Source: Promethearchaeota archaeon (lineage in GTDB: Archaea > Asgardarchaeota > Lokiarchaeia > Sigyniarchaeales > SOKP01). Taken from it: a stretch of DNA of 64,000 nt. The stretch is taken from the NCBI GenBank assembly GCA_048938005.1, contig JBHLMQ010000003.1, positions 109,014-173,013 on the forward strand, given 5' to 3'. The translations under genes and the position numbers were made by a program. How positions within the stretch are numbered: the first letter of the stretch is position 1; every line of letters begins with the position of its first letter. The notes below the pieces were generated by a model. It made no database searches and was not told the DNA's origin. It saw only the letters and a program-made list of their open reading frames with translations. Positions 54,351 to 64,000 of this stretch are shown here, piece after piece.

Positions 54351-54610
54351 ATGGCTCGCTGCCCAGAAAGTGTCTGGCTCGATGCCTAAACCTGAAATGC
54401 GGAGGCTTTATGAAATACCATTCAGCCATAAAACAAGTTGTTTGTCAATCTTGTGGACTTTCGCTTACAAGACATGAACTGGATGGATATTGGAAAAAGG
54501 TAAGGAGTGAAAATATTACAGAGGTAGATGATTTGCAAAAAAAGAAAAATCGACGAAAGGAATGGCTTGAATGGTATAGTAAATCTAAATCCGAGAAAGA
54601 AAGTTATTAA
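54351..54610 (+). CDS. Small zinc-ribbon protein, split by a 29-nt intron (exons 54351-54368 and 54398-54610; 76 aa spliced)
   Basis: Spliced MARCPE-CGGFMKYHSAIKQVVCQSCGLSLT restores the first CxxC of the ribbon; SD-like AGGATGGT lies upstream. Confidence 0.8.
54369..54397 (+). other. Putative relaxed BHB-type mRNA intron (29 nt)
   Basis: CTGC CCAG AA^A GTGTCTGGC-TCGAT-GCCTAAAC CTGA AA^T GCGG: central helix has 3 of 4 pairs, 4-bp exon stem; the unspliced frame hits TAA. Confidence 0.75.
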
Positions 54611-54706
54611 CCCAAGCTTGAATAAGAAATTCTAAAAAAAAATTGAATTCTATTTAGAAATCAGCAAAAAAAAGAGTCGTATTGTTTTAAACTTTTAGGG
54701 TATTAA

Positions 54707-55903
54707 TTAACTGCCAAATTTTTTTTCTAAGATATCATCCAATAACTCTAATAGTTTTGTTGCAGGTATATCTAGCAGAGTTATCTCTAAATGCCTTCCA
54801 CGAGTTGCATCTTCGATCCTTACAGTTTTTGAAGCAACAATTTTTAATTGAGTAAGTTGACGTACATATTTTCTAAAACTCATTTTTACATGTGGTTCTA
54901 TAGAATAATTCTCGCATATTACTTTATATTCATCAAATGCATCATCTACTAATGTAAAGGGTGTATCTGTGTTAATTAATGATCTCGTAATCCCATGCAG
55001 AGCTAAAAGTTCTTGGTCTTTTAATTGATCTACAATATCATTTCTGAATGTTGGATACACATCATTTGAAGCTTCTCTAATTATATCTGCTGTAATATGA
55101 TCCAAACCTTCCTTATCACAATATGAACCACTTTTTCGTAGGATCTCGATGCCATGTCGCATGTTTTTATGATCTACTACGATTTGAGCAATCATCGTTA
55201 AAAGGTTAAAGTTATCAATAACATTTTCCCTTAATGCAAGTTCACTACGATATTCTAAGATTTGCATAGATTCTTCAAAATCATAGGGTTTAAGTAGAAT
55301 TTTTTCATTTAATCTACTTAATATTCTCTCATTTTCTATTTTCATCCAATCTTTACTTCTTGAAACTAAAAGTAATGATAACTTAGCATTTTGATGACCA
55401 AATGTTTCAGCGATGTCTAAAAATGCAAGTACTTCATCTGGCTTTAATAGGTGAATCTCATCAATAATTAATAACATGTATCCCTTTTCCCGAATTAGTT
55501 GCGAGAGAATTAATTTTAACGCCTCATCGTCACTGAACCCACGTCCGCTACCATGCTGATATTTAGCGAGGAGCTCTCTGATTATCTTACTTTTGGAACG
55601 AAAATTAATGCAATTAAAATATTCTAAGAATAGTTTAACATCATTTTCGATTGCTATAGTTTTAAAATGTTTACCAAAAAAACGTGCAGTAACTGTTTTT
55701 CCTACTCCACCTTTCCCTAAAATTAAAAAATTGATGGAAGGTTGTTCTTTTTCTTCTAAAATCCGCCGATAATTGAAAATTAATGATTTTAGAGCATCAT
55801 CACGACAATGTAACTTTTCTGGGACATAACTCGAATCAAGGGAACTCGCTTGTCGAAAAACTGATTTCTTCATGAATTGCTTTCTGAATCCATCCTCATC
55901 CAT
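54707..55903 (-). CDS. cdc6: Cdc6/Orc1 replication initiator family protein
   Basis: LDSSYVPEKLHCRD, GKGGVGKT, FNC, IIDEIH, PYD...ILEYR, C-terminal wHTH with TRGR. Confidence 0.9.
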   Translation of the reverse strand: MDEDGFRKQFMKKSVFRQASSLDSSYVPEKLHCRDDALKSLIFNYRRILEEKEQPSINFLILGKGGVGKTVTARFFGKHFKTIAIENDVKLFLEYFNCINFRSKSKIIRELLAKYQHGSGRGFSDDEALKLILSQLIREKGYMLLIIDEIHLLKPDEVLAFLDIAETFGHQNAKLSLLLVSRSKDWMKIENERILSRLNEKILLKPYDFEESMQILEYRSELALRENVIDNFNLLTMIAQIVVDHKNMRHGIEILRKSGSYCDKEGLDHITADIIREASNDVYPTFRNDIVDQLKDQELLALHGITRSLINTDTPFTLVDDAFDEYKVICENYSIEPHVKMSFRKYVRQLTQLKIVASKTVRIEDATRGRHLEITLLDIPATKLLELLDDILEKKFGS

Positions 55904-56040
55904 GCTAAATCGAGTAAACTCACTATTTAATTTTGCTGTATAAGTTAATAAAAGAACAATTTAAGTTTAAATTTTCTTATACTTATGAAATTATGTTTTA
56001 TCTAAAATAAATTTAATAATTAAAAAACAAAGGATTTCAA

Positions 56041-56994
56041 TTACATTTTATCTAAATTGTTTAAAGGGTGCATTTGTGAGTAAGATTCCTTTAATTTGGA
56101 AATATCATTCTTAGCGTAAATTCGTGTTGTATTTGGACTGGAGTGTCCCAAAATATCCTGTAATTCACTGATATCCATTCCTGAACGCCTTAAATGTGTT
56201 GCTCCTGTATGTCGGAAAACATGGGGCGTGATAATTTTAGAATCTGGAAAACCACATTTCTCTTTAATGGTTTTAATATCTGATTGTACAACTCGAGGGC
56301 TTAATTTTTGGTTCCTTGTATTTATTAAAAGATAATCTTCAGAATCATAGCTTATCCTATTTTTAAGATGCTCCTTAAAAATCTCAAGAGTTTTTTGATC
56401 GACTGGTACAATTCGTTCCTTATTTCCTTTTCCACGGAGTTTTATATAACCTCTTTCAAAATCAATATCTCTTACTCTTATATTACATAATTCACTTACT
56501 CTAGCCATAGTAGAATATAATAATCGAACAATTAGATAATAGCGTTCACTTTTTCTTGAGTTAAACAAACGGCGATTTTTCAAATTTTCAAAAATCTCCT
56601 CCATATCAGAAATTTTTAAAAACTTAGGTAAACTTTCCTCAAGTTTGATTTTAGGTGTTTTGATTGTACTCATAGGATCTTTTGACATAAATTCATTTAA
56701 AGTTAAAAATTTGAAGTAGGAACGTAATGAAGCGATTTTTCTTCCGATTCCTTTCTTCGTATAATTCATTTCATTCAATTTTTTTAAAAAGAGTCGGACT
56801 TTCTGACGCACTGAAGGAGAATTGATCTGGAGATCTCCTACAAGTTCAATGAATTTTTGAATATCATATCGATAAGCTTTAATGGTAGAGGGTGAGCAAC
56901 CTTCCTCAACCTCTTTTGCGAGCAGGAAATCTTCCAAAAAGTCAGAAATCTTATAGGTTTCCATAATAATTAATGTATTATCATGATAATACAT
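56041..56994 (-). CDS. xerA: XerA-like tyrosine recombinase
   Basis: SPSTIKAYRYDI, RKIASLRSYFKFL, MARVSEL, GKGNKERIVP, TPHVFRHTGAT, LGHSSPNTTRIY. The start may be ATG 56964. Confidence 0.85.
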   Translation of the reverse strand: MYYHDNTLIIMETYKISDFLEDFLLAKEVEEGCSPSTIKAYRYDIQKFIELVGDLQINSPSVRQKVRLFLKKLNEMNYTKKGIGRKIASLRSYFKFLTLNEFMSKDPMSTIKTPKIKLEESLPKFLKISDMEEIFENLKNRRLFNSRKSERYYLIVRLLYSTMARVSELCNIRVRDIDFERGYIKLRGKGNKERIVPVDQKTLEIFKEHLKNRISYDSEDYLLINTRNQKLSPRVVQSDIKTIKEKCGFPDSKIITPHVFRHTGATHLRRSGMDISELQDILGHSSPNTTRIYAKNDISKLKESYSQMHPLNNLDKM

Positions 56995-57108
56995 AATACA
57001 AAGTAATATTTACATAATATCTCAAATAGAGATCAGAGTGATATTTATTTTAGCATGCAAAATTCATTGGAAAAATTTAATTATTTTTGAGAAAATTAGT
57101 ACTTTTAA

Positions 57109-57897
57109 TTATTTTCCCCTTATTTTTCTTATAACCCGATCTTGAAATTTTTTTAGGTATTTAACAATATCAACTTTTATTATTTGGTTTGCAGATATTT
57201 TCTCGATTATTTTACTTGGAGCTATTTCTGTTTCATGTCCAGTCTTCTTTTGAGCCCAACCCCACCCCTTTGAAATTTTAAAATTTTCGAAATTGGGATG
57301 CTGAGAGACGAGCAATGAGAAAATTTTTTTAACTTGAGGTGTTTTTCTCTGTTCTTCTGGCATTTTTTTTACCATTTCAGAATCTTTAAGAGAAGGACTC
57401 TTTTCAAATGTCCATTCTATATCATCAAATAAAATCCAAGCTCCGGGTTTTAAGAGTTTTTCAACTAAAAAAAACGCTAACCCGTCTACTTCCCATGTAT
57501 GTGCTCCATCAATAAAACAAAAATCAAAAATTGGTGTACATATTCCTTGAATTGAATTTTTTTCAACAATTTTCATTAATTCCCAATTATATGATCTTTC
57601 TGCGAATATAGGGGTTATAATATCTTTAAAATTAAGAATTTTTGTAAGATCAAAAATATTTGGTTTTCTTTCTTTTGCAGAATGCCTATCAATTGTTGTT
57701 ATATCACCGAATCCATTTTCCTTAAGTGCAGCTGCCATATAGCATGTAGATGTGCCATGAGCAAAACCTAATTCCAATATGTGGTTAAATTTTTTAACTC
57801 TAATAAAATCATACAATACTTTCCCATTTTCAATTCCCATGTGGGGGATATTTTTTAAGATTATAACAATATCATTGAATTTCATATTAATGACCAT
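57109..57897 (-). CDS. Class I SAM-dependent methyltransferase (Methyltransf_24-like)
   Basis: LELGFAHGTST, FDFCFIDGAH, LLKPGAWILFDD. Confidence 0.85.
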   Translation of the reverse strand: MVINMKFNDIVIILKNIPHMGIENGKVLYDFIRVKKFNHILELGFAHGTSTCYMAAALKENGFGDITTIDRHSAKERKPNIFDLTKILNFKDIITPIFAERSYNWELMKIVEKNSIQGICTPIFDFCFIDGAHTWEVDGLAFFLVEKLLKPGAWILFDDIEWTFEKSPSLKDSEMVKKMPEEQRKTPQVKKIFSLLVSQHPNFENFKISKGWGWAQKKTGHETEIAPSKIIEKISANQIIKVDIVKYLKKFQDRVIRKIRGK

Positions 57898-58047
57898 ATT
57901 TCATTTGTATTAATTTGTAAAGAATAATTCTCTAAAAATTTAATTTTTATAAAATTGAATTAATAATTTAATTCCTTTTGTTTTAAAGCTAATTTTTATC
58001 GATTTTCGTTCTCGGATCTTTTGCTAAAATATGGATCAGAGATGTAT

Positions 58048-58992
58048 CTATCTTGTTAATCCTTCTCCATACCATCCTTGTTTGATATAAAGATATGCAT
58101 TCATCGCGGCAGTGGTTGCTTCCCCCACTGCAGTCGTTACCTGTCGAATCCCACCTGTTACATCTCCAGCAGCATATATACCAGGATAATTAGTCTCTTG
58201 ATCTTTATTTACTTTAATATTATTATCCTTATCAAGTTCAATACCCGCTTCTTTCGCTAATTCACTCTGGGGCTCAACTCCTATAGCAATGAAAAGAGCT
58301 TTTACATTTATTTTGGAGATTTCACCAGTCTCATGATTTTTTACTACCAATTCTTCTAATTTATCATCCTTAGCTATTGCTTCTTCAATGGTACAATTAT
58401 ACATTGGCACAATATTGGGTAATGAATCAACCTCGTCTACAATACATGCCTCTGCGCGCATACAATGTCGTCTATGAATAAGATAAACTTTTTTTGCTAT
58501 ACCAGAAAGATAAATTACTTCTAGCCCTGCAGCATTACTGCCGCCAACTGTGGCAACTATTTGATCTCGAAATAGAGGGCCATCACATGTAGCACAATAA
58601 GATATTCCATTGCCTACTAATTCATACTCATTAGACAATCCAAGTGAAAGATATTTTGAACCAGTAGCAATTATTATCGCCTTGGCTTTTGTGTCTCCTT
58701 CATATGTAGTTATAGTCATTTCCTTTGGATTAATCGCGGAAACTTCATTAAAGAAAAAAGTAGTTCCCCAATCTTCAGCTTGTTTCCTCATTCTTTCTGT
58801 TAAGTCAAGGCCATTGATAGTTTCAAATCCCGGATAATTTTCAATTTTGGGAGCTGTCCCAGCTAAACCTCCAAAAGCTTTACCTTCATAGAGAGCGGTT
58901 TTTAAACCCATTCTTCCGCCATAAATTGCTGCTGTTAATCCTGCTGGTCCACCACCAATAATTGCTAGCTCTACTTCATTTTTAACTGTCAT
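58048..58992 (-). CDS. trxB: Thioredoxin reductase
   Basis: GGGPAGLTA, IENYPG, ATG, SYCATCDG, VGGSN, HRR, YAAGDV. Confidence 0.92.
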   Translation of the reverse strand: MTVKNEVELAIIGGGPAGLTAAIYGGRMGLKTALYEGKAFGGLAGTAPKIENYPGFETINGLDLTERMRKQAEDWGTTFFFNEVSAINPKEMTITTYEGDTKAKAIIIATGSKYLSLGLSNEYELVGNGISYCATCDGPLFRDQIVATVGGSNAAGLEVIYLSGIAKKVYLIHRRHCMRAEACIVDEVDSLPNIVPMYNCTIEEAIAKDDKLEELVVKNHETGEISKINVKALFIAIGVEPQSELAKEAGIELDKDNNIKVNKDQETNYPGIYAAGDVTGGIRQVTTAVGEATTAAMNAYLYIKQGWYGEGLTR

Positions 58993-59129
58993 TTTTAGAC
59001 ATCTCTATATGAAAGTTTATTCAAATTTACCTATAATAATCATAATAAAAGTTTAAATTTTTTCTAATTTTTTATCCGGTGAATTATATCAAATAGATAA
59101 TAGAATATTACATCTAATTATAATCAAGT

Positions 59130-60074
59130 TTATTCCTTCTGCAATTGCCGAAGATATTTGCAAGCATTTATTCCCGCTCGTGCACCTTCTGCAACAGCAA
59201 AAACCACTTGAAAAATTCCACCAGTGCAATCACCCGCAGCATAAACTCCTTTAAGATTTGACTTTTGATCTTCATCTACTTTAATATTTCCTACATTATC
59301 TAATTCTACTCCTGCTTTTTTAAAAATAGAATTAGAGGATATATGAGACAAAATAAATAAACAATTTAATTCAAATTCCTTTATTTCTTCAAGATTTTCT
59401 GATTCAGGTTTATTAGACTTACATATAATTTTTTGAATCATACCTTCTGAATCTGGGACTGCTTCAATTACTTCCATATTATCAAAAACTTCAATTCCAA
59501 TTTGTTTTACTTCATAAATCTTTTCAGGCAATTTATCAATACCAACATCACTTATCACAATTACAATACAACCCATTTTTTTAAGGGCTAATGCTTCTTC
59601 TAACATTTCTTCGTCTCTCCCATATAAGTAGACAACTTTATCTTTATATAATGGGCCATCATTTAATGCGCTATAGGAAACACCATATCCAAGTAAACCA
59701 TCTTCTCCTTTTATTATTTCTTTTCGAGTTCCTCTCCCAGTAGCAATAATAACAACATCAGAGGTTATATTAGCTGTTCTGGTGGATGTCAGATTTACTC
59801 CCATTCCAAGCATCAGAGCAATTACATCACCTTTAATAATTCTCAAATTTTCAGAATAACTTTCAGCATGAGTTCTAAATCTTTTTAATAAATGCTTTCC
59901 CTTAATATCAATTTCTCCAGGCCAATTTTGAATTTCCTTTGTTCTTGTTAATGCTGACAATTCTTTACCTTCGAGAATAATTACATCCCTATTTGCTCGG
60001 GCACAATAAATACCAGCACTTAATCCTGCTGGACCCGTTCCAATTATCAAAACTTCACATTTAAGCTCATCCAT
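59130..60074 (-). CDS. Thioredoxin reductase-like flavoprotein lacking the CxxC motif
   Basis: GTGPAGLSAG, QNWPG, ATG, YAAGDC retained; SYSALNDG replaces SYCATCDG. Confidence 0.82.
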   Translation of the reverse strand: MDELKCEVLIIGTGPAGLSAGIYCARANRDVIILEGKELSALTRTKEIQNWPGEIDIKGKHLLKRFRTHAESYSENLRIIKGDVIALMLGMGVNLTSTRTANITSDVVIIATGRGTRKEIIKGEDGLLGYGVSYSALNDGPLYKDKVVYLYGRDEEMLEEALALKKMGCIVIVISDVGIDKLPEKIYEVKQIGIEVFDNMEVIEAVPDSEGMIQKIICKSNKPESENLEEIKEFELNCLFILSHISSNSIFKKAGVELDNVGNIKVDEDQKSNLKGVYAAGDCTGGIFQVVFAVAEGARAGINACKYLRQLQKE

Positions 60075-60288
60075 TTATTTTACCTCATAGAGTGATATAT
60101 TATAATTATTAAAAGAAGCGCTGAGTGGTAACTTATTGTATTATCATTTTGTGTTTATAATAAATATAATGTCTAAATAAATTTAATAATATGATCATAA
60201 AATGTCTTTCTAAACGTAAATGACTATTTCAATGTCAAATCAAGAAATACATAAAAAAATAGATACATAATTTGTTATTAACTTGAGC

Positions 60289-60699
60289 TTATAGCTTTTG
60301 AATAAATATAATCCTCACAATTATACCCCACATATGAAAACTAACCTGTTCATCTAATTTCTCTACAATAAATAACACTTTTAAACCAACAATTTTAAAT
60401 TCTGAGGGTAAATTTACTGGATCATAGTGATTGCCATCATAGGAAATAATACCAAAAAAGCCACCTTCAAAAGAAAGATACACAATTTCTCCTTTACTAT
60501 AAATTAAATCTTGTTTAGCATTTTCAGGCTGATTAATTTGTCCTATTACAACTAAAGGAATACTAACTCCTAATGCTACTGCTATAAGACTTAAACCGAA
60601 GATCTTGTAACCTTTCGTATTTCTCATTTTGAATGATTCCTCTATGTTTATAATCACACAAATGTATTTAAATGAAATTGTCATAAAAATATAATACAT
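60289..60699 (-). CDS. Hypothetical membrane-anchored protein
   Basis: One TM helix, then GEIVYLSFEGGFFGII...YDPVNLP; the start may lie further downstream. Confidence 0.6.
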   Translation of the reverse strand: MYYIFMTISFKYICVIINIEESFKMRNTKGYKIFGLSLIAVALGVSIPLVVIGQINQPENAKQDLIYSKGEIVYLSFEGGFFGIISYDGNHYDPVNLPSEFKIVGLKVLFIVEKLDEQVSFHMWGIIVRIIFIQKL

Positions 60700-60737
60700 A
60701 ATTATTAAGTTATATCAGAATAAAGAGGTAGAAAACA

Positions 60738-61154
60738 ATGCCGCGTGTAGATAGGAAAATTGAAATTAATGCTTCTCAAAAGAGGATTTTTGATATTTTA
60801 GATGACGCTATGCTTGGTCCTAAGTGGAATCTCGCGTTAAACGAATTAACTAAAATCTCTGAAGATACATATGCAGCAAAATCTACAGTTGGGGATTTCA
60901 CTTCTATCCGTACAGAAACTGTGGAATCAGAAAAAATTTCGATGAGGATTGAAGATGGAATTTTTAATTCAATGGGTTATATCTTAAAACCAAAAGGAGA
61001 TAAGGTTGAAGCTACGATATGGGGTGAATTTGATGATGAAAAGAATGAAAAAATCCTTGTGAGATCTGCTGAAATACTATTAAAAGGATTAAAAAATTTC
61101 GCAGAATTTCTCGAAGAAGGCGGAAATCCTGATGATTTTAATAAGAAAAAATAA
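60738..61154 (+). CDS. SRPBCC/START-like protein
   Basis: IEINASQKRIFDILDD...PKW, C-terminal helix LKGLKNFAE; GAGGT SD. Confidence 0.75.
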   Translation: MPRVDRKIEINASQKRIFDILDDAMLGPKWNLALNELTKISEDTYAAKSTVGDFTSIRTETVESEKISMRIEDGIFNSMGYILKPKGDKVEATIWGEFDDEKNEKILVRSAEILLKGLKNFAEFLEEGGNPDDFNKKK

Positions 61155-61202
61155 TTGTATCTTCTAATTTAAAATTTTTTTTTTATTACGTAATATCTAT
61201 TC

Positions 61203-62306
61203 TTATTTTCTTACTGCCCAGAAATAAGTTCCCTTTTCTCTTATAAACTCAGCACTTTTGAAAGGTGTAGAATCAACAAATTCTTTAAAAGATTTCTCGT
61301 CGTAAAAACCAGCAAAATCCGCTTCAAGGAACTTATGCATAACATCAAAAAGTAGAAAATCTTTATGTGGACTAAAAGTATCAGGTATCATACTTTCTCC
61401 AACAAGTAATATACCGTCATCTTTTAACAAGGAATATAGATCATTAAAAACATCCAACCTATATTTTTCATTTTTATCCATCTCATGAAGAACTTGATTT
61501 AATAATATAAGATCAAATTTATCTTCTGTTTTTTTTGCATATTCATTAATTGGAATTTCAAGAATTTCAACTTTATCGCTCCAATTATTTTCTTCTACTA
61601 ATTTTTGTGCAAATGATACTCCCTTAGGATCAATATCAATTCCCACAAAATGAGCTTTCTTGTATCTATTTAACCAAACCGCTAAATTATAACCATAACC
61701 ACATCCAATTGAAAGAATAGAGGATTCACTTCGTAAAGTTTTGCAAAAATCCTTGAAATTTTTAGCAAATAGCCTTTCGATCAATGATCCAATTCTTGCA
61801 CTCATTCGCTGTGAATCTTTAATTATTTCTTCAGGGAATTCTTCATAGATTTCTGTAGTAGATACCCCTCTTTCCTTTCTAAAAACTTCAAGTATTGCAT
61901 CTTGTAATGGTGCGAGATAATAAAATGATCCTATAGTATCTCCAACATAAAACATATGATTACGGTCGATTAATAAACTGTATACATGTGGCGCAGTTTT
62001 TATTGTTCTTTCCCTCGCATCATCGATTTCGAAAATACCACATTCAAGTCCTAAATGAATCCAAGCATCCAAATAATTTGGATTTAAATTGAACTTTTCC
62101 GATAATTCCTCTGGAGTAAAATTAACTGAAGAAATGGGACCAGATTCTGATAATTTCTTAGCTTTTTCATCAAGATAATCAAAAATGCCAAGTCGCCTTC
62201 CCAGGCCAAATGTAAGGATAGTGTTAAATCCATAGAAACCTTTTATTAGAAATTTTTTCATTTGGTCTCTCATAGTAATTTCTTTATCATCTTGATTTTG
62301 AGACAT
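61203..62306 (-). CDS. Class I SAM methyltransferase with N-terminal wHTH
   Basis: GRRLGIFD, YLDAW, LSIGCGYG, GIDID, VLHEM, LKDDGILLVGE. Confidence 0.85.
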   Translation of the reverse strand: MSQNQDDKEITMRDQMKKFLIKGFYGFNTILTFGLGRRLGIFDYLDEKAKKLSESGPISSVNFTPEELSEKFNLNPNYLDAWIHLGLECGIFEIDDARERTIKTAPHVYSLLIDRNHMFYVGDTIGSFYYLAPLQDAILEVFRKERGVSTTEIYEEFPEEIIKDSQRMSARIGSLIERLFAKNFKDFCKTLRSESSILSIGCGYGYNLAVWLNRYKKAHFVGIDIDPKGVSFAQKLVEENNWSDKVEILEIPINEYAKKTEDKFDLILLNQVLHEMDKNEKYRLDVFNDLYSLLKDDGILLVGESMIPDTFSPHKDFLLFDVMHKFLEADFAGFYDEKSFKEFVDSTPFKSAEFIREKGTYFWAVRK

Positions 62307-62476
62307 TTTTTTTCAACTTAGACTTCGATTAATTTTTTTATTATATCTAGTTATTTATTCCACTTTATAACACTTTAGATTTGATATGATAAATCTTCTT
62401 ATATCAAATTTTTAAATATAATTTTGTATAGTTATAACAAAATAGTAAATTAAGAGTCCGATCGTTAATAAAGTTA

Positions 62477-64000
62477 TTATCTTGTGCTTTGAATAAATAA
62501 TCGTTCCTTCTTTTGCTCTTTTTCCCATTTTTTACGTTCAGAACGAAGCTTGAATATATCAATATCTTTAAAAATTATTCCCTCTTCTTTTGGAGGTACC
62601 ATTCGCTCAGTTCGATCTTTTTCTGGTGTGTAGATTAGGGATTCTCCAAATTCACCAATATTGGCAAAAAAACAATATGCATATATAGATCTGCGAGCAT
62701 CAAAATGGGCTGCTTTAAAGTCGGCTGTAACTGGAGTAAACGCGGGATTTAGGATTATATCAATAGGGGGCTCAAAATTTTTTAACTCTACTCTTAAATC
62801 CATATCAAGGAAGTCCCGGCAAATTATAATAGCTATTCTCCCATATTCTGTATTGCAAATGATTGTTCTCCGAGGTAAATCGCTAACTTCTATCCCTTCT
62901 TTAAAGCGATCTCCTTCTCCAGTACTAATAATTGCGGGTATATGCTTTTCTTGCTCCCAGAGAATTCCTTCTGGTCCAAAAACCATGCTAATATTATGGT
63001 GCGTTTCTTGGTCATGAAACGATCCTGGAACGATATACATCTTATATAATTTCGTCATATCTGATATTTCTTTAAATAACTCTCCATAATTAAGGTCAAT
63101 AGACATTTCAGGAAAGAGTAAGAGGTTTACTCCTTCATTGTGTGCTTTTTCAATTAAATTTTTAACTTTTGATTTTATTTCTTCAATTTTATTCTCTCTT
63201 ACTCTTAGAAGTCCTGAAGATTTTGTATCGAATAGTTCTTTCATAATATCTCCCGTCTCAGATACAACAATTTGAGCAATACCAACTCTACACTCGCTTT
63301 TTTGTACTTGAGGATATTCTTTAAAAAGATCTCTATAGACTAATTGATATTTCTTTCTTTTCATTCTCTCTATCGCTACACGTTTTTCTTCATCGCTAAA
63401 CTGACGAGCTTCGCTTAATCGAGGAGATTGGCTACTTTCAAGTGGACAAGAAGGAGCAACTATCCCTAAAGTACTTCGGGAAATTGAGGGCTCTTTTATC
63501 GTGCTTAAAGCTGAAAAAAGGATTGATTCTTCCTTCTCAACCCTATTTAATCGATCTTGAACTTCTTTCTCCTTGTCTTTATACCCCGCTTTTCCAAATA
63601 ATTCTACTGCAGATTTTAAATATTTCGCACCTATTCCTAGAAGCTTTCCTTTTTCTTGAAGATCTGTTTCTTCATCAGCTCTAATTAAGTGCCATGCCGC
63701 GTCAAAATATATTGAAGTTGCTTGAGCCCAGTCAGCTCCGCTTTCAAAACCTCCTTTTTCATATAAAGTAGCGGCTTTACTAAGCGTTACCTTGACTCTT
63801 GGGTACAATTCTTTTTTAATGTCCATTTCAATGGATTTATCAAACTTACAGCCAAATTCAAGCGCTTGGCAAAATGTTGAATTCCCAGAAGCTAGCATTT
63901 TTAACTTTGCATCCGTGAAAAGATCACTTGCTTTTGCAAACAATCCTGCTGCTTCGGAAAATCTGTAAGGATCTTCATATTTTTCAGCAAGTTCCATATT
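62477..64000 (-). CDS. TPR-like helical repeat protein with C-terminal nitrilase/CN-hydrolase domain (probably truncated by the window edge)
   Basis: Helical repeats (AAGLFAKA, AVELFGKAG); LLLFPE, QEKHIP, IICRDF form an E-K-C triad. Confidence 0.75.
   Translation of the reverse strand, partial: NMELAEKYEDPYRFSEAAGLFAKASDLFTDAKLKMLASGNSTFCQALEFGCKFDKSIEMDIKKELYPRVKVTLSKAATLYEKGGFESGADWAQATSIYFDAAWHLIRADEETDLQEKGKLLGIGAKYLKSAVELFGKAGYKDKEKEVQDRLNRVEKEESILFSALSTIKEPSISRSTLGIVAPSCPLESSQSPRLSEARQFSDEEKRVAIERMKRKKYQLVYRDLFKEYPQVQKSECRVGIAQIVVSETGDIMKELFDTKSSGLLRVRENKIEEIKSKVKNLIEKAHNEGVNLLLFPEMSIDLNYGELFKEISDMTKLYKMYIVPGSFHDQETHHNISMVFGPEGILWEQEKHIPAIISTGEGDRFKEGIEVSDLPRRTIICNTEYGRIAIIICRDFLDMDLRVELKNFEPPIDIILNPAFTPVTADFKAAHFDARRSIYAYCFFANIGEFGESLIYTPEKDRTERMVPPKEEGIIFKDIDIFKLRSERKKWEKEQKKERLFIQSTR

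Noticed and set aside
55904-57060. Replication origin (ORB) next to cdc6, or a dif site or integrated element next to xerA
   Set aside because: No G-string ORB repeats seen. TTATGT-like half-sites (~55991, ~57011) lack a matching inverted arm at 6-bp spacing. No att repeats, tRNA or viral genes nearby.
58009-58042. Imperfect hairpin TCTCGGATC/GATCAGAGA just downstream of trxB as a SECIS or intron
   Set aside because: trxB has no in-frame TGA and is complete, and no BHB helix is present. At most a 3' UTR or terminator hairpin.

Overview
AT-rich archaeal chromosomal window that looks like Asgard (Lokiarchaeia-type) DNA. It carries eukaryotic-signature-like genes (Rpn11/CSN5-type JAMM protein, tandem roadblock protein, longin/uDENN-like protein, Rab-like and MglA-like GTPases, gelsolin-domain protein) among housekeeping and anaerobic-metabolism genes (HdrA-MvhD, HdrBC-like pair, homocysteine-synthesis pair, purA, fbaB, cdc6, xerA, trxB). 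The main observation is that three unrelated protein-coding genes are each interrupted by a 29-31 nt hairpin insertion that carries an in-frame stop: purA, a zinc-ribbon/LURP-one-like gene and a small zinc-ribbon gene. Each insertion is bounded by a strict or relaxed bulge-helix-bulge (BHB) fold. Cutting at the canonical archaeal EndA positions restores the frame, and in two cases a known motif (GDEGKGK, CPEC). This suggests tRNA-endonuclease-type mRNA introns at unusual density. An unassigned ~173-nt structured ncRNA candidate lies at 21478-21650. All calls come from reading the sequence by eye; no database searches or folding programs were run.
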